From an uncultured Nitrospiraceae bacterium (GTDB lineage: Bacteria > Hydrogenedentota > Hydrogenedentia > Hydrogenedentales > SLHB01): a stretch of 34,881 bases of DNA. The notes under the pieces are model-generated. The model did not search any database. It was not told the origin of the DNA and saw only the letters and a program-made list of their open reading frames with translations. A program made the position numbers and the translations under genes. The DNA lies in NCBI GenBank assembly GCA_964452795.1, contig CAYVOE010000003.1, positions 1 to 34,881 on the forward strand, written 5' to 3'. This document shows positions 18,301 to 26,151 of this stretch, one piece after another. The stretch's first letter is position 1. Each line of letters begins with the position of its first letter.

Positions 18301-18578
18301 TCGAGGATCAGGGTGTCGTAGACGGGCCGGCCGGACACGGCGATTCGAACGGCGGGCGAGGCCCCTTCGTCGACGGCGATGTCGGTGAGCAGTTGCGCCC
18401 GTTCGGCGGCCCGCAGCAGTACGGGATCGTCCGAGGGAACGCCCCGTTTTTCGAGGCCCGCGCGCAGGATCGACCGCTTCGCATCGGTGTCCGATCCCGA
18501 CTGCACCACGGCCCCGGCCGCGGCCAGAAAGACCGCACACACACCGCCCGCCAGGAAGATACGGCTATACTGGCGCAT
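15369..18578 (-). CDS. pilQ: Type IV pilus secretin PilQ-like (AMIN + long coiled-coil + N domains + secretin)
   Basis: Signal peptide; AMIN-like (KLAVDLYNT...VSRVVIEL); N0 (PVNLDLREMDL...KAGINVI); N domains (IKLNYAEP, VDPRGRHLIVTD); secretin core (QVAIESMIV, ILANPQIVIVENETGRI, GVTLDVSPRV, KVPVLGDVPVINFLFR, ELMIFLT). Confidence 0.9.
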   Translation of the reverse strand: MRQYSRIFLAGGVCAVFLAAAGAVVQSGSDTDAKRSILRAGLEKRGVPSDDPVLLRAAERAQLLTDIAVDEGASPAVRIAVSGRPVYDTLILDGGRKLAVDLYNTLNPMSGSKLEPEKAAPIRAVRTSLYAFEPQFVSRVVIELAEPCAPRMTFEDGALRVVCAPVSGLEASPLRTAARDLGERLDAEARSVAVEQARLEERLARARDRHFALESSVDEAATACVVSLQGAKSTHLARSLARLTDPAGAEAAANDTESRLADVEARCHDVKARARELVARYDAAQQVLAAESRAHAEKINDRIRRDLEDLRSLEARLEDGAAEDDSARRVLEVLEGKQARLADDDRAPYAEWAERADALDATHRAELESLATELAEVHAVLDALGREAESRVQVAAAAPSKEGEPSLARLDAEFRKLKTALPAKASEPLKTEDAALAPAPAAIEAVQTAQVDLGLASLSPAATLSGALERLAPAMLTAQAESEAVSGEAPAGEASVLAVEIPAEPVASEEPAPEPAEAIPPPPAAPEPAPAPTRSVVVAAPIPVENVETAEPVEEVVGDASALYEPVNLDLREMDLSNFVALLARKAGINVIAGTELTGTVTASIKRVPLRQALEMVLRMHDLGLVEEEGVYRIIPYEQALVTKRTTEMVTLDNAGVEEIKLTLDAILQGEADRSVSVAANGATNVLVISGPPERVNQLVTLANALDVAEPVTPTVTEAIKLNYAEPDDVIQMVEGMLSTDVGNAAVDPRGRHLIVTDIPAVVEQVRALIQTIDIPVKQVAIESMIVDAVLSDSSETGTQWLLSIVRDRNTRGEIVGSLQDLDFGTNLGNVGTSALDAGLLSFNILSSDIDFQAAIAAEVSNSNAKILANPQIVIVENETGRISIVQEFPYQEITQTTQGPPVATTEFKPIGVTLDVSPRVTHLNDIIANISAKQSSVSGLTDTGVPIEDKREAETTLTVKDGQTIFIGGLRNHADRLEVSKVPVLGDVPVINFLFRNTRSEKTNTELMIFLTCHVLGIDLPELTPEEQAAYDELGATPRVPDSQRAMFRSMAKPGEMRDPAWKWRRAK

Positions 18579-18581
18579 TGC

Positions 18582-19166
18582 CTACTGCTCCTCTGAGGTC
18601 TTGAGGGGGAGCGGAACGGACGACCCGCCGACTTGGAGGATCACGCGATCCGGTTCTATGGACTCCACCACCACTCCATCCGCGAGAACGTCTCCCGGGG
18701 CCACCACGTCGTCGTCGACGACGGCCAGGGGAAACGAGCTATCCCATACGATGCCGGTCACGGCCATTTGCGCCACGCGCATGCGGGCCTCGGCCTCGTC
18801 GCCGGCGAATCCGAAGGCGGCCGGTTCGACGCCGCCGGCGAAGACGGCCTGCGGGCCCACGAGGGGAGTCATGGGGTTGCGGGCCACGCTCGCCGGCTCG
18901 TAATAGAAATCCACCACCTGGACGCCCTTGGCCAGCTCGTCCACGTCGACGGGACCCGCCGGCGCGGCCGGGGCGGCCGGGGCCTTGGCGTTCGCCGCGG
19001 GCGTGGCCGGAACCGCTCCTCCCGAGGGGGCCGGCGCGGTCGTGGCGGCCTCGGCTCCTCCGGAGGACGGAGGCGGCCCGGGGAGGGGCGGAAACAGGAG
19101 GTTCTTGACGATGAGTCCCCCCGCCACGGTCAACAACGCCGCCAGCACAATCGCCTTCTTGTTCAT
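18582..19166 (-). CDS. pilP: PilP-like/GspB-like pilus assembly protein
   Basis: Position between pilO and pilQ; N-terminal TM, Pro/Ala linker, RNPMTP motif and VTGIVWD...LAVVDDDVVAPGD...VESIEPDRVIL beta domain. Confidence 0.65.
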   Translation of the reverse strand: MNKKAIVLAALLTVAGGLIVKNLLFPPLPGPPPSSGGAEAATTAPAPSGGAVPATPAANAKAPAAPAAPAGPVDVDELAKGVQVVDFYYEPASVARNPMTPLVGPQAVFAGGVEPAAFGFAGDEAEARMRVAQMAVTGIVWDSSFPLAVVDDDVVAPGDVLADGVVVESIEPDRVILQVGGSSVPLPLKTSEEQ

Positions 19167-19768
19167 TGGACACCTGCCTTCTCGGCCGAGGCCAGCTTGC
19201 TCTGCGCCGGGTTCGCCGCCGGCTGCTTGAAGCTGAAGGTGCTCAGCGTGAACTTGGCTTCGGCCTTGCCGTCTTTCTGTTCGGAGATGCTGAGGTTCGA
19301 TATCTTGAGATACCGCTTGTGCCGCTCGAGGCGGTTGATGAAGCTGGCTATCTGGTGGAAGGTGCCGTGGGCGGTGACGCTGTAGGGGATGGTCTCCTTG
19401 CGGGCGCCCACCTCCACGTCGCGCATCGCCAACTGCACTTCGAGGTTGACCTCCTTGGCGAGGTCTTCAAACTGCTTGAGGAGCAGGGGGATCTCGCGCT
19501 GATCGGGGAGCCGGTCCTGGAAGGCCTCGACGAGACCCTCGACCTTGGCCGTCTCCTCGCGCAGGGCCGCGATGTTGGCCTCGAGCTTCTTGGCTTCCGC
19601 CAGCTCGCTCTCGGCCGCCCGCAGGTCGGCTTCAAGGGCGGCGAGTTTCTCCGTCTGACGAGTGTGGACGAAGAACACGTAGAACGCCCCCAGTATGAGG
19701 GTGACCGCGAGGATAACGCCGACGGCCATCCAGTCCTTGCGCGTTACGGTGCCTTTGAAGAAGTCCAT
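19163..19768 (-). CDS. pilO: Type IV pilus assembly protein PilO
   Basis: TM, coiled coil, RLPDQREIPLLL, GTFHQIASFINRLE. Confidence 0.88.
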   Translation of the reverse strand: MDFFKGTVTRKDWMAVGVILAVTLILGAFYVFFVHTRQTEKLAALEADLRAAESELAEAKKLEANIAALREETAKVEGLVEAFQDRLPDQREIPLLLKQFEDLAKEVNLEVQLAMRDVEVGARKETIPYSVTAHGTFHQIASFINRLERHKRYLKISNLSISEQKDGKAEAKFTLSTFSFKQPAANPAQSKLASAEKAGVQ

Positions 19769-19770
19769 CG

Positions 19771-20421
19771 TTAGCCGTCCGTTCCTGAGAGGATTTGAAA
19801 GTCCAGGGTGAACCGCTTTACGGCGCTGCCTTCAAACTCGGTATCGCTGAGCTGCGGCACCGTGTAGAGCAGAAAGAGGTCCGAGAACTCGGCGTCTTCC
19901 TCGGCGGCCAGGGCGAAGGAGCTGACGTCGGCGCCGGCGTTCTCGGTGGCGGCCACGTAGCCCGACACGCTGAGCACGGGCTTGTCGATGACCACCCGCT
20001 TGGTCTCCGTCTGTTTGGTCTGGGGGTTGACGACGGGCCGCATCTCGACGAAGGGCTTTTTCTCGACCTTGATGTTGCTGTACCAGAGGTTGGGCGGCGC
20101 CACGCGGGCCAGGTTGAAGAGCTGGCGCGACCAGATGATGCGGCCGGCCACGATCTCGTTGATGGTGGCGATCTTGTCGGCCAGCACCTTCTTCTTGTTC
20201 TCGAGCTCCTTGGATTCTTTGATGATGCTGTCGCGGCGGGCGATCTCGGCGCGCAGGCCGTCGAGCCGGGACGAGGTGTCTCCGATCCGGGCCTGGGTCC
20301 GGATGAAGCTCATCCCCGCCACCGTGAGGATCGCCGCGGCCACCGTCAGGGCGGCCAGGTAGGGGACGGGCGTCCGCTTGATCGGCCGCAGGTGATGGGG
20401 GAGCAGGTTGATGGAGGTCAT
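19771..20421 (-). CDS. pilN: Type IV pilus assembly protein PilN
   Basis: N-terminal INLLP motif, TM, coiled coil, W...PPNLW; ATG 20421 overlaps the pilM stop. Confidence 0.88.
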   Translation of the reverse strand: MTSINLLPHHLRPIKRTPVPYLAALTVAAAILTVAGMSFIRTQARIGDTSSRLDGLRAEIARRDSIIKESKELENKKKVLADKIATINEIVAGRIIWSRQLFNLARVAPPNLWYSNIKVEKKPFVEMRPVVNPQTKQTETKRVVIDKPVLSVSGYVAATENAGADVSSFALAAEEDAEFSDLFLLYTVPQLSDTEFEGSAVKRFTLDFQILSGTDG

Positions 20422-21671
20422 AGTTGCGACATCCCCCGCGCGGCCAGGCCCACGGCCACCATGAACTGGGCCGGACGCTCGCGCAGGCGGTCGAGGCCCG
20501 CCGCGTCCGCCAGGGCCAGCGCGCTTTCCGACGGGTCGGCCACATCCACCCGTTCGAGCCCCAATTCTTCCGCGAGCGTGCGGCGCAACGCGGGCATGTG
20601 GGCCACGCCGCCGCTCAGGATCAATCGTTCCACCGGCCGCTCGTACAACTGCTGCTCGTAGAAGTCGAAGGACCGGCGAATTTCGGAAACCAGCCGCGCC
20701 AGGGGCAGGGCCAGCAATTCTTCGAGGGATTTGTCGGCTTCGTTGGCCGCAAAGAGGGGCGCCGTCGGCGCGGGGATGGGGTCGCCCAACCCGCCCAGTT
20801 CGTCGCCCAGGGGATCGAGCAGGGAGCTGCCCAGCTCCATCACGCCCGGGACGGGCGCGGGCTCGGGCGCGGGTTCCGGCTCTTCCGGCGGCGGTGCCGG
20901 CTCGGATTCGGGCAACGGCGGGGGCATCTCCGTCGCGGGACCGTCTTCGCCGCTCGACTGAACCAGGATGGCCTCGGCCTCGGCGAGGTCGCATCGGCGG
21001 CCCTTGGCGATGGCCTGGACCATCTCCCGGGCGCCCCAGGTCACGTCGCGGATGAAGTTCGACGCGCCTCCCTTCATGAAATGGATGCTGGTCGAGTTCA
21101 GGCCCAGGTTCACCAGGGCCACGGTCTCGTCGGGACCCAGCAGCTCGCAGGATTCGGCGGCGTCCGCCAGGGCCAGGGAATCGACCCCCAGCACGCCGTA
21201 GCGGATGCCCGCGTTGTCGGCGATCTGGACCCGCGTCTCGATGACGTCGTACTTGGCGGCCACCAGGAGGACCTTGAGCTTGGTCTTTTCCCCTTCCCGC
21301 ACCTTGTCCAGGAGGTCCCAGTCGATGAAGACCTCCGACAGGTCGTAGGGGATGCTCTGGCCCGCCTCGGCCTCGATGGCCCGGCCCAGCTGGTCGCGCG
21401 GCATCTCGGGCAGCCGGGGATAGCGAATCACCACGGTCTGGCCCGGCAGAGCGCCCACCAGGAGGCTCTGCTCGACGGGCATGCCGCCGAGGGCCTCACG
21501 CACCGCCGTCGCCTGGGCCGCGATGGGGTCCACGTTGGCCTGGTTGCGGTCGATCAAGGCGTAGCCCACCTGCTCGATGCGGGACCGCGAACCCGCCCGC
21601 CCCATCTGGATGGTTTTCACGGAATGGGACCCGATGTCGATCCCGATCGCCTTGCGAGGTTTAGAAAACAA
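20418..21671 (-). CDS. pilM: Type IV pilus assembly ATPase-like protein PilM
   Basis: IGIDIGSHSVK, IPYDLSEVFIDW, KVLLVAAK, ALVNLG, EIRRSFDFY, LILSGGVA, AVGLAARG; TTG start 21671 after GGGAG. Confidence 0.92.
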   Translation of the reverse strand: MFSKPRKAIGIDIGSHSVKTIQMGRAGSRSRIEQVGYALIDRNQANVDPIAAQATAVREALGGMPVEQSLLVGALPGQTVVIRYPRLPEMPRDQLGRAIEAEAGQSIPYDLSEVFIDWDLLDKVREGEKTKLKVLLVAAKYDVIETRVQIADNAGIRYGVLGVDSLALADAAESCELLGPDETVALVNLGLNSTSIHFMKGGASNFIRDVTWGAREMVQAIAKGRRCDLAEAEAILVQSSGEDGPATEMPPPLPESEPAPPPEEPEPAPEPAPVPGVMELGSSLLDPLGDELGGLGDPIPAPTAPLFAANEADKSLEELLALPLARLVSEIRRSFDFYEQQLYERPVERLILSGGVAHMPALRRTLAEELGLERVDVADPSESALALADAAGLDRLRERPAQFMVAVGLAARGMSQL

Positions 21672-22065
21672 CGGTAGACACTCCCGCCTGTGCGCGGACC
21701 CCGGCCTGTACGGCCCCGTGCCCTTGCGTGCCCTGTTCCATCCTGTCGGCTGCGCAAACCCCGAGAGACGCGGATTTCGGTCCGTGAACCCCGGGCTCAC
21801 CCAACTGCCTTGTGGGGTCCATCGTCGTCGAGTCGGTTGAAGCGGTGCGCTCCGGACGTATCCGGCCGCGCGCCTTCGAGCGTTTGGCCGCGAGGCATCG
21901 TGTCTTGGCGGCTTATCGCACTTTCCGCGCTTTGCTCGAAAGTGGGACGATCTTCAACTCGAAAAACGCCGATAGACCCCTGCGGCGCGTGGAAACCGCC
22001 GCTTCATCCTTACTATCGGGCGGAGGCGGGCTATTCTTGATTCCCCTGCCGCATTTACGCGGCAT

Positions 22066-22097
22066 AAAAAAGAAGAGCGGGCATTTCTGCCCGCTCT
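22066..22097 (-). terminator. Intrinsic terminator downstream of 6S RNA
   Basis: AGAGCGGGCA-GAAA-TGCCCGCTCT followed by TCTTTTTT on minus. Confidence 0.85.
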
Positions 22098-22103
22098 AAA
22101 GAG

Positions 22104-22281
22104 GCCCCGCATCGTGCCGTAGGATGAGAAACAAGTGAACCTGCCCACTAGGGGGGTGCCCTCACGATAGCCGTACCGACGTCCGCCCGAAGGCGGCCTG
22201 CCGTTGGCTATTCAAATGTCGGACTCCCGGTTCATGCATTAAGGTACATTGTTTCCCAATCCACTCGAACACAGCAGGGAA
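22104..22281 (-). ncRNA. ssrS: 6S RNA
   Basis: ~180 nt; 5' TCCCTGCTGTGTTCG pairs with 3' CGGCACGATGCGGGG; GGATTGGGAAACAA pairs with TTGTTTCTCATCC; GGGAG...GGCACCC...AGGTTCA motifs as recalled for 6S RNAs; apical CCGCC-TTCG-GGCGG; flanked by a promoter and a terminator. Confidence 0.8.
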
Positions 22282-22305
22282 AAAGCCGTTTCGGTGAACC
22301 GGCGT

Positions 22306-22334
22306 AGTCTACCATGGCTCGGAAAATCGGTCAA
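22306..22334 (-). promoter_or_regulatory. sigma70 promoter of 6S RNA
   Basis: Minus strand TTGACC (22334-22329) - 17 nt - TAGACT (22311-22306). Confidence 0.7.
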
Positions 22335-22583
22335 TGGGAATCCCCGCCGAAGCCCACCGTAGAGAAGAACACGGGACCGCCCTTTTTCATGCCCGAAGGG
22401 CCCGGGCACGGCGTGGATGTGCCGCCCCGGAAAAAAGGTCGGGAGATCCCGGCCGGGACGACCAAACCGCTTTCCGCCGGCGACTTGAAAAGGCCGGGTC
22501 GGGCGTGGTTTGGTGTGGGGATGGGGATCCTGCGGATACGGGGGCGCGCCCGCGCCTCTTGAAAAAAGGAGTACGCTTCGCAC

Positions 22584-23576
22584 ATGGAATACAGACAGCT
22601 TGGCCAAAGCGACGTGAAGGTGCCGGTGGTGTCGTTCGGGGCCTGGGCCATCGGAGGCTGGGCCTGGGGCGGCACGGACGACGAAGAGGCCGTCAGGGCG
22701 CTGCAACACGCGGTGGACGTGGGGATTACCTGCATCGACACGGCGCCGATTTATGGCATGGGCCACAGCGAGATCGTGGTGGGGCGGGCCCTGGCCGGGC
22801 GCCGCGACCGGGTGGTCATCGCCACCAAGTGCGGTCTGCGCTGGGATTCCGAGGACGGGGAGTTCTTCTTCGACACGCGGACGCCGGAGGGGAAGGCGGT
22901 GAAGATCCACCGCAACCTGCGGCCCGAGTCGATCCGGTACGAGTGTGAGGCGAGCCTGCGCCGGCTGGGGGTGGACGTCATCGACCTCTACCAGTGCCAT
23001 TGGCCGGACGCGACGACGCCTCTTGAAGATACGATGGCCACCCTGCTGGCGCTGCAGCAGGAGGGGAAAATCCGGGCCATCGGCGTCAGCAATTTCACGC
23101 CCGCCATGATGCGGGAATGCCTGCGATACGGGCGGATCGCGAGCGATCAGCCGAAATACAACGCCCTGGAGCGCGAGGTGGAGGCGGAGATCCTGCCCTT
23201 CTGCCGGGAACAGGGCATCGGGGTGCTGGCCTACAGCCCCCTGGCGCAGGGCCTGCTCACGGGGAAGGTGACGGCGGACCGGGTGTTCCCGGAGGACGAC
23301 GTTCGGCACGGAAAGCCTATGTTTTCGCAGGAGAACCGGCGCCGGATCAACGAGATGCTCGACCGGGTGTGGCGGCCCATCGCGGAGTCCCACAACGCCA
23401 CCCTGAGCCAGCTCGCGCTCAACTGGCTCGTGAGCCAGCCCGGCATGACCAGCGCCCTGGCGGGGGCGCGAAACGCCGCCCAGGTGGAAGAAAACGCCGG
23501 CGCCGCCGATTTCGAGCTGACGGACGAGGAGCTGCAGGACCTGCGCAACTCCGTCGAGGCCCTGGGGACGCTGTAA
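22584..23576 (+). CDS. Aldo/keto reductase
   Basis: YRQLG, FGAWAIGG, IDTAPIYG, IATKCG, SLRRLGVDVIDLYQCHWPD, GKIRAIGVSNF, YSPLAQGLLTGK; RBS AAGGAG. Confidence 0.95.
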   Translation: MEYRQLGQSDVKVPVVSFGAWAIGGWAWGGTDDEEAVRALQHAVDVGITCIDTAPIYGMGHSEIVVGRALAGRRDRVVIATKCGLRWDSEDGEFFFDTRTPEGKAVKIHRNLRPESIRYECEASLRRLGVDVIDLYQCHWPDATTPLEDTMATLLALQQEGKIRAIGVSNFTPAMMRECLRYGRIASDQPKYNALEREVEAEILPFCREQGIGVLAYSPLAQGLLTGKVTADRVFPEDDVRHGKPMFSQENRRRINEMLDRVWRPIAESHNATLSQLALNWLVSQPGMTSALAGARNAAQVEENAGAADFELTDEELQDLRNSVEALGTL

Positions 23577-23736
23577 TCGGTTTTTTGAAGACCCTTCGTT
23601 GGGGCGGGGACGACTCGGGCGCCCGGGAAACGATTCGCGGGCGCGGCGAAGGGGGTAGCTGTGCTCCGGGAGGGGCGGATCGCGCCCTGCCCGCACCGAC
23701 TTTCCGAGAGCGGATCGACTTCCGGGAGACCGTTTT

Positions 23737-25257
23737 ATGACCGATCGCATCGTCCTGGGCGTGGACTGCGGGACCCACAGCCTCCGGGCGTCCCTGTACC
23801 GGACGGACGGCGCGCGGCTGGCCGAGGCGAGCCACCCCTTTCCGACGGCGCGTCCTCAGCCGCACTGGGCCGAGCAGGACCCCGACGACTGGTGGGTGGC
23901 GCTGCGCGAGGCGGTGGGCCGGTGCCTGGGAGACGGCGGGGTAAAGGGATCGGACGTGGCGGCCATCGCGGTGGACGGCACGTCGTTCACGGGGGTGTTC
24001 TGCAGAGAAGACGGGCGTCCGCTGCGGCCGGCGCTGCTGTGGATGGACATTCGGGCGGCGGCGGAGGCCCGGGAGGTCGAGGAAAGCGGCCACCCGGTCC
24101 TCGAGGCCTGCGGGGGGCGGGTGTCGCCGGAGTGGATGCTTCCGAAGGCGATGTGGGTGGCGCGCAACGAGCCGGAGGTCTATGCCGAGGCGGACCGGTT
24201 CGTCGAGGGGATGGACTGGGTGACCCACCGGCTGTGCGGACGTTGGGTGACCGCCACGGGAAGCGCCGCGGGAAAACGCCATTGGACGCCGGACGGGGGC
24301 TGGCCCGAGGACCTGTACGCGCGGATGGACCTGCCCGACCTCGCGTACAAGAGTCCCGACGAGGTGGTTTACGTGGGCGACCCGGTGGGCACGCTCCTGC
24401 CGGAGGCGGCGGAGGCGCTGGGGCTGAGTCCCGACTGCATCGTTTCGCACGGGGGCATGGACGGCTGGGCGGCGCCCGTGGGCCTGGACTGCCTGCGGCC
24501 GGGGTGCGCGGCCCTCTCGCTGGGCACGTCGAACGTCATCGTGACGGAGACGAAGACGCCGGCGCGGATCGAGGGGGTCATGGGCCCCTTCCCGGACGGG
24601 ATCCGGCGGGACCGGTGGGTGTACGAGGCGGGCCAGACTTCGGGCGGGTCGGTGGTGGACTGGGTGTTGAAGGTCATGGGCGCGGCCTTCGGCGACGGGG
24701 CCCACCGGGCCATCGAGGAGCGGGCCGCGGCCCTGCCGCCGGGCTCGGAGGGGCTGGTGGTTTTTGACGCGTTCCAGGGCAACCGCACGCCCTATTTCGA
24801 TCCCGAGGCCCGGGGCCACATCGCGGGGCTGCGGCTGCATCACGACCGCGAGCACCTGTACCGGGCCGTGCTGGAAGGGTGCGCCTACGGGATGCGCAAC
24901 CTGTTCGAGGCGCTGGAGTCGGGCGGATGCGCGATACAGGAGGTGCGGGTGGCCGGAAGCGGCGCGGGCAACGGCCTGCTGCTGCGGATCCTGGCCGCCG
25001 TGACGGGCCGTCCGATGCTGGTTCCGGGCGTAACGCAGGCCTCGAGTCTGGGCGCGGCGGCCTGCGCGGCCGTGGCGTGCGGCGCCCACGAGAGCCTGGA
25101 GGCGGCGGGCGCGGCCATGGCGCCGGCCTTTGAGACGGTGTGGCCGGAAGACGATTTCGAGGTTTACGACGCCTATTTCGAGGCTTACCGCGACACGTAT
25201 CGGCAGATGAAGGAGACCATGCACCGGCTGTCGGAGGCCTCGCGGAAGACGCGGTGA
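23737..25257 (+). CDS. FGGY-family carbohydrate kinase (ribulokinase/xylulokinase-like)
   Basis: LGVDCGTHSLRA, AEQDPDDWW, ALLWMDIRA, LSLGTS, FQGNRTP, LYRAVLEG. Confidence 0.93.
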   Translation: MTDRIVLGVDCGTHSLRASLYRTDGARLAEASHPFPTARPQPHWAEQDPDDWWVALREAVGRCLGDGGVKGSDVAAIAVDGTSFTGVFCREDGRPLRPALLWMDIRAAAEAREVEESGHPVLEACGGRVSPEWMLPKAMWVARNEPEVYAEADRFVEGMDWVTHRLCGRWVTATGSAAGKRHWTPDGGWPEDLYARMDLPDLAYKSPDEVVYVGDPVGTLLPEAAEALGLSPDCIVSHGGMDGWAAPVGLDCLRPGCAALSLGTSNVIVTETKTPARIEGVMGPFPDGIRRDRWVYEAGQTSGGSVVDWVLKVMGAAFGDGAHRAIEERAAALPPGSEGLVVFDAFQGNRTPYFDPEARGHIAGLRLHHDREHLYRAVLEGCAYGMRNLFEALESGGCAIQEVRVAGSGAGNGLLLRILAAVTGRPMLVPGVTQASSLGAAACAAVACGAHESLEAAGAAMAPAFETVWPEDDFEVYDAYFEAYRDTYRQMKETMHRLSEASRKTR

Positions 25258-25326
25258 GCTCCGGTCCGGGGTCTCGTCCGGCGGCGATGCGCATGACGGC
25301 GCGGTAGACAAAGGGGAGACGGCGGC

Positions 25327-26067
25327 ATGGCGGAATGGTTCGAAGACGGTTCGTTCTGGGCGGAAGCCTATCCCGTGATCTTTCCGGCCGGCTGCTTCGA
25401 GGCGGCGGAGCAGGAGGTGGACCAGGCCCTGGCGCTGGCGGACATCCCGGTGGAATCGGCCATGGACCTGTGCTGCGGCGTGGGCCGGCACAGCGTCGTC
25501 CTGGCCCGGCGGGGCATCCGGACCACGGGAGTGGATCTCACGCCGTTTCTGCTGGAGAAGGCGAAAGAACGGGCCGCCGCGGAGGAGGCCGACGTCGAAT
25601 GGGTCGAGGCCGACATGCGGGCCTTCGTCCGGCCCCGGGCCTACGACCTGGTGCTCAACCTCTACTCTTCTTTCGGGTATTTCGAGGACAAGCGGGACGA
25701 CCTGCGGGTGTTGAACAACATCTATTGCAGTTTGAAGCCGGGCGGGGTGTGCATCCTGCAGGTGGCGTCGAAAGAGGGGCTCGCGCGGCGGTTCGTGCCC
25801 ACGCAATCGGAGACCCTGACGGACGGCACGGTCCTGGTGCGGCGCCACGAGGTCTACGACGACTGGACCCGGGTCCGCAACCAGTACATCTTCATCCGGA
25901 ACGGCGCCACCCGGACCTACACCGTCCACCACACCATTTATTCGGGCCAGGAGCTCAAGGACCGGTTCCGGCAGGCGGGGTTCCCCGACGTGCGGCTCTA
26001 CGACAACCTCGCGGGCGGCCCTTTCGGACTGGAGACGTTCCGCGTGGTGATCCGGGCGCAGAAGTAG
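25327..26067 (+). CDS. Class I SAM-dependent methyltransferase
   Basis: MDLCCGVGRH, GVDLT, EADMR, YSSFGYF, LKPGG. Confidence 0.92.
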   Translation: MAEWFEDGSFWAEAYPVIFPAGCFEAAEQEVDQALALADIPVESAMDLCCGVGRHSVVLARRGIRTTGVDLTPFLLEKAKERAAAEEADVEWVEADMRAFVRPRAYDLVLNLYSSFGYFEDKRDDLRVLNNIYCSLKPGGVCILQVASKEGLARRFVPTQSETLTDGTVLVRRHEVYDDWTRVRNQYIFIRNGATRTYTVHHTIYSGQELKDRFRQAGFPDVRLYDNLAGGPFGLETFRVVIRAQK

Positions 26068-26151
26068 GCCCGGGCGGCGACGCGCGGACGGAGAGCCCGC
26101 GAGCGGCCGCGCCGGTCCTTTTTGAACTGCGCCCGAACCCGTCGGCTGCGG

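Noticed and set aside
15234-18596. 1120-aa + strand ORF (and similar long antisense ORFs such as 4150..6756, 2032..4029, 23419..25932)
   Set aside because: Mirror frames of well-supported genes on the opposite strand
21680-22060. c-di-GMP (GEMM) or other riboswitch in the long pilM leader
   Set aside because: Only loose resemblance; the GGCAAAC...GAAA...GACGCAAAGC core could not be found
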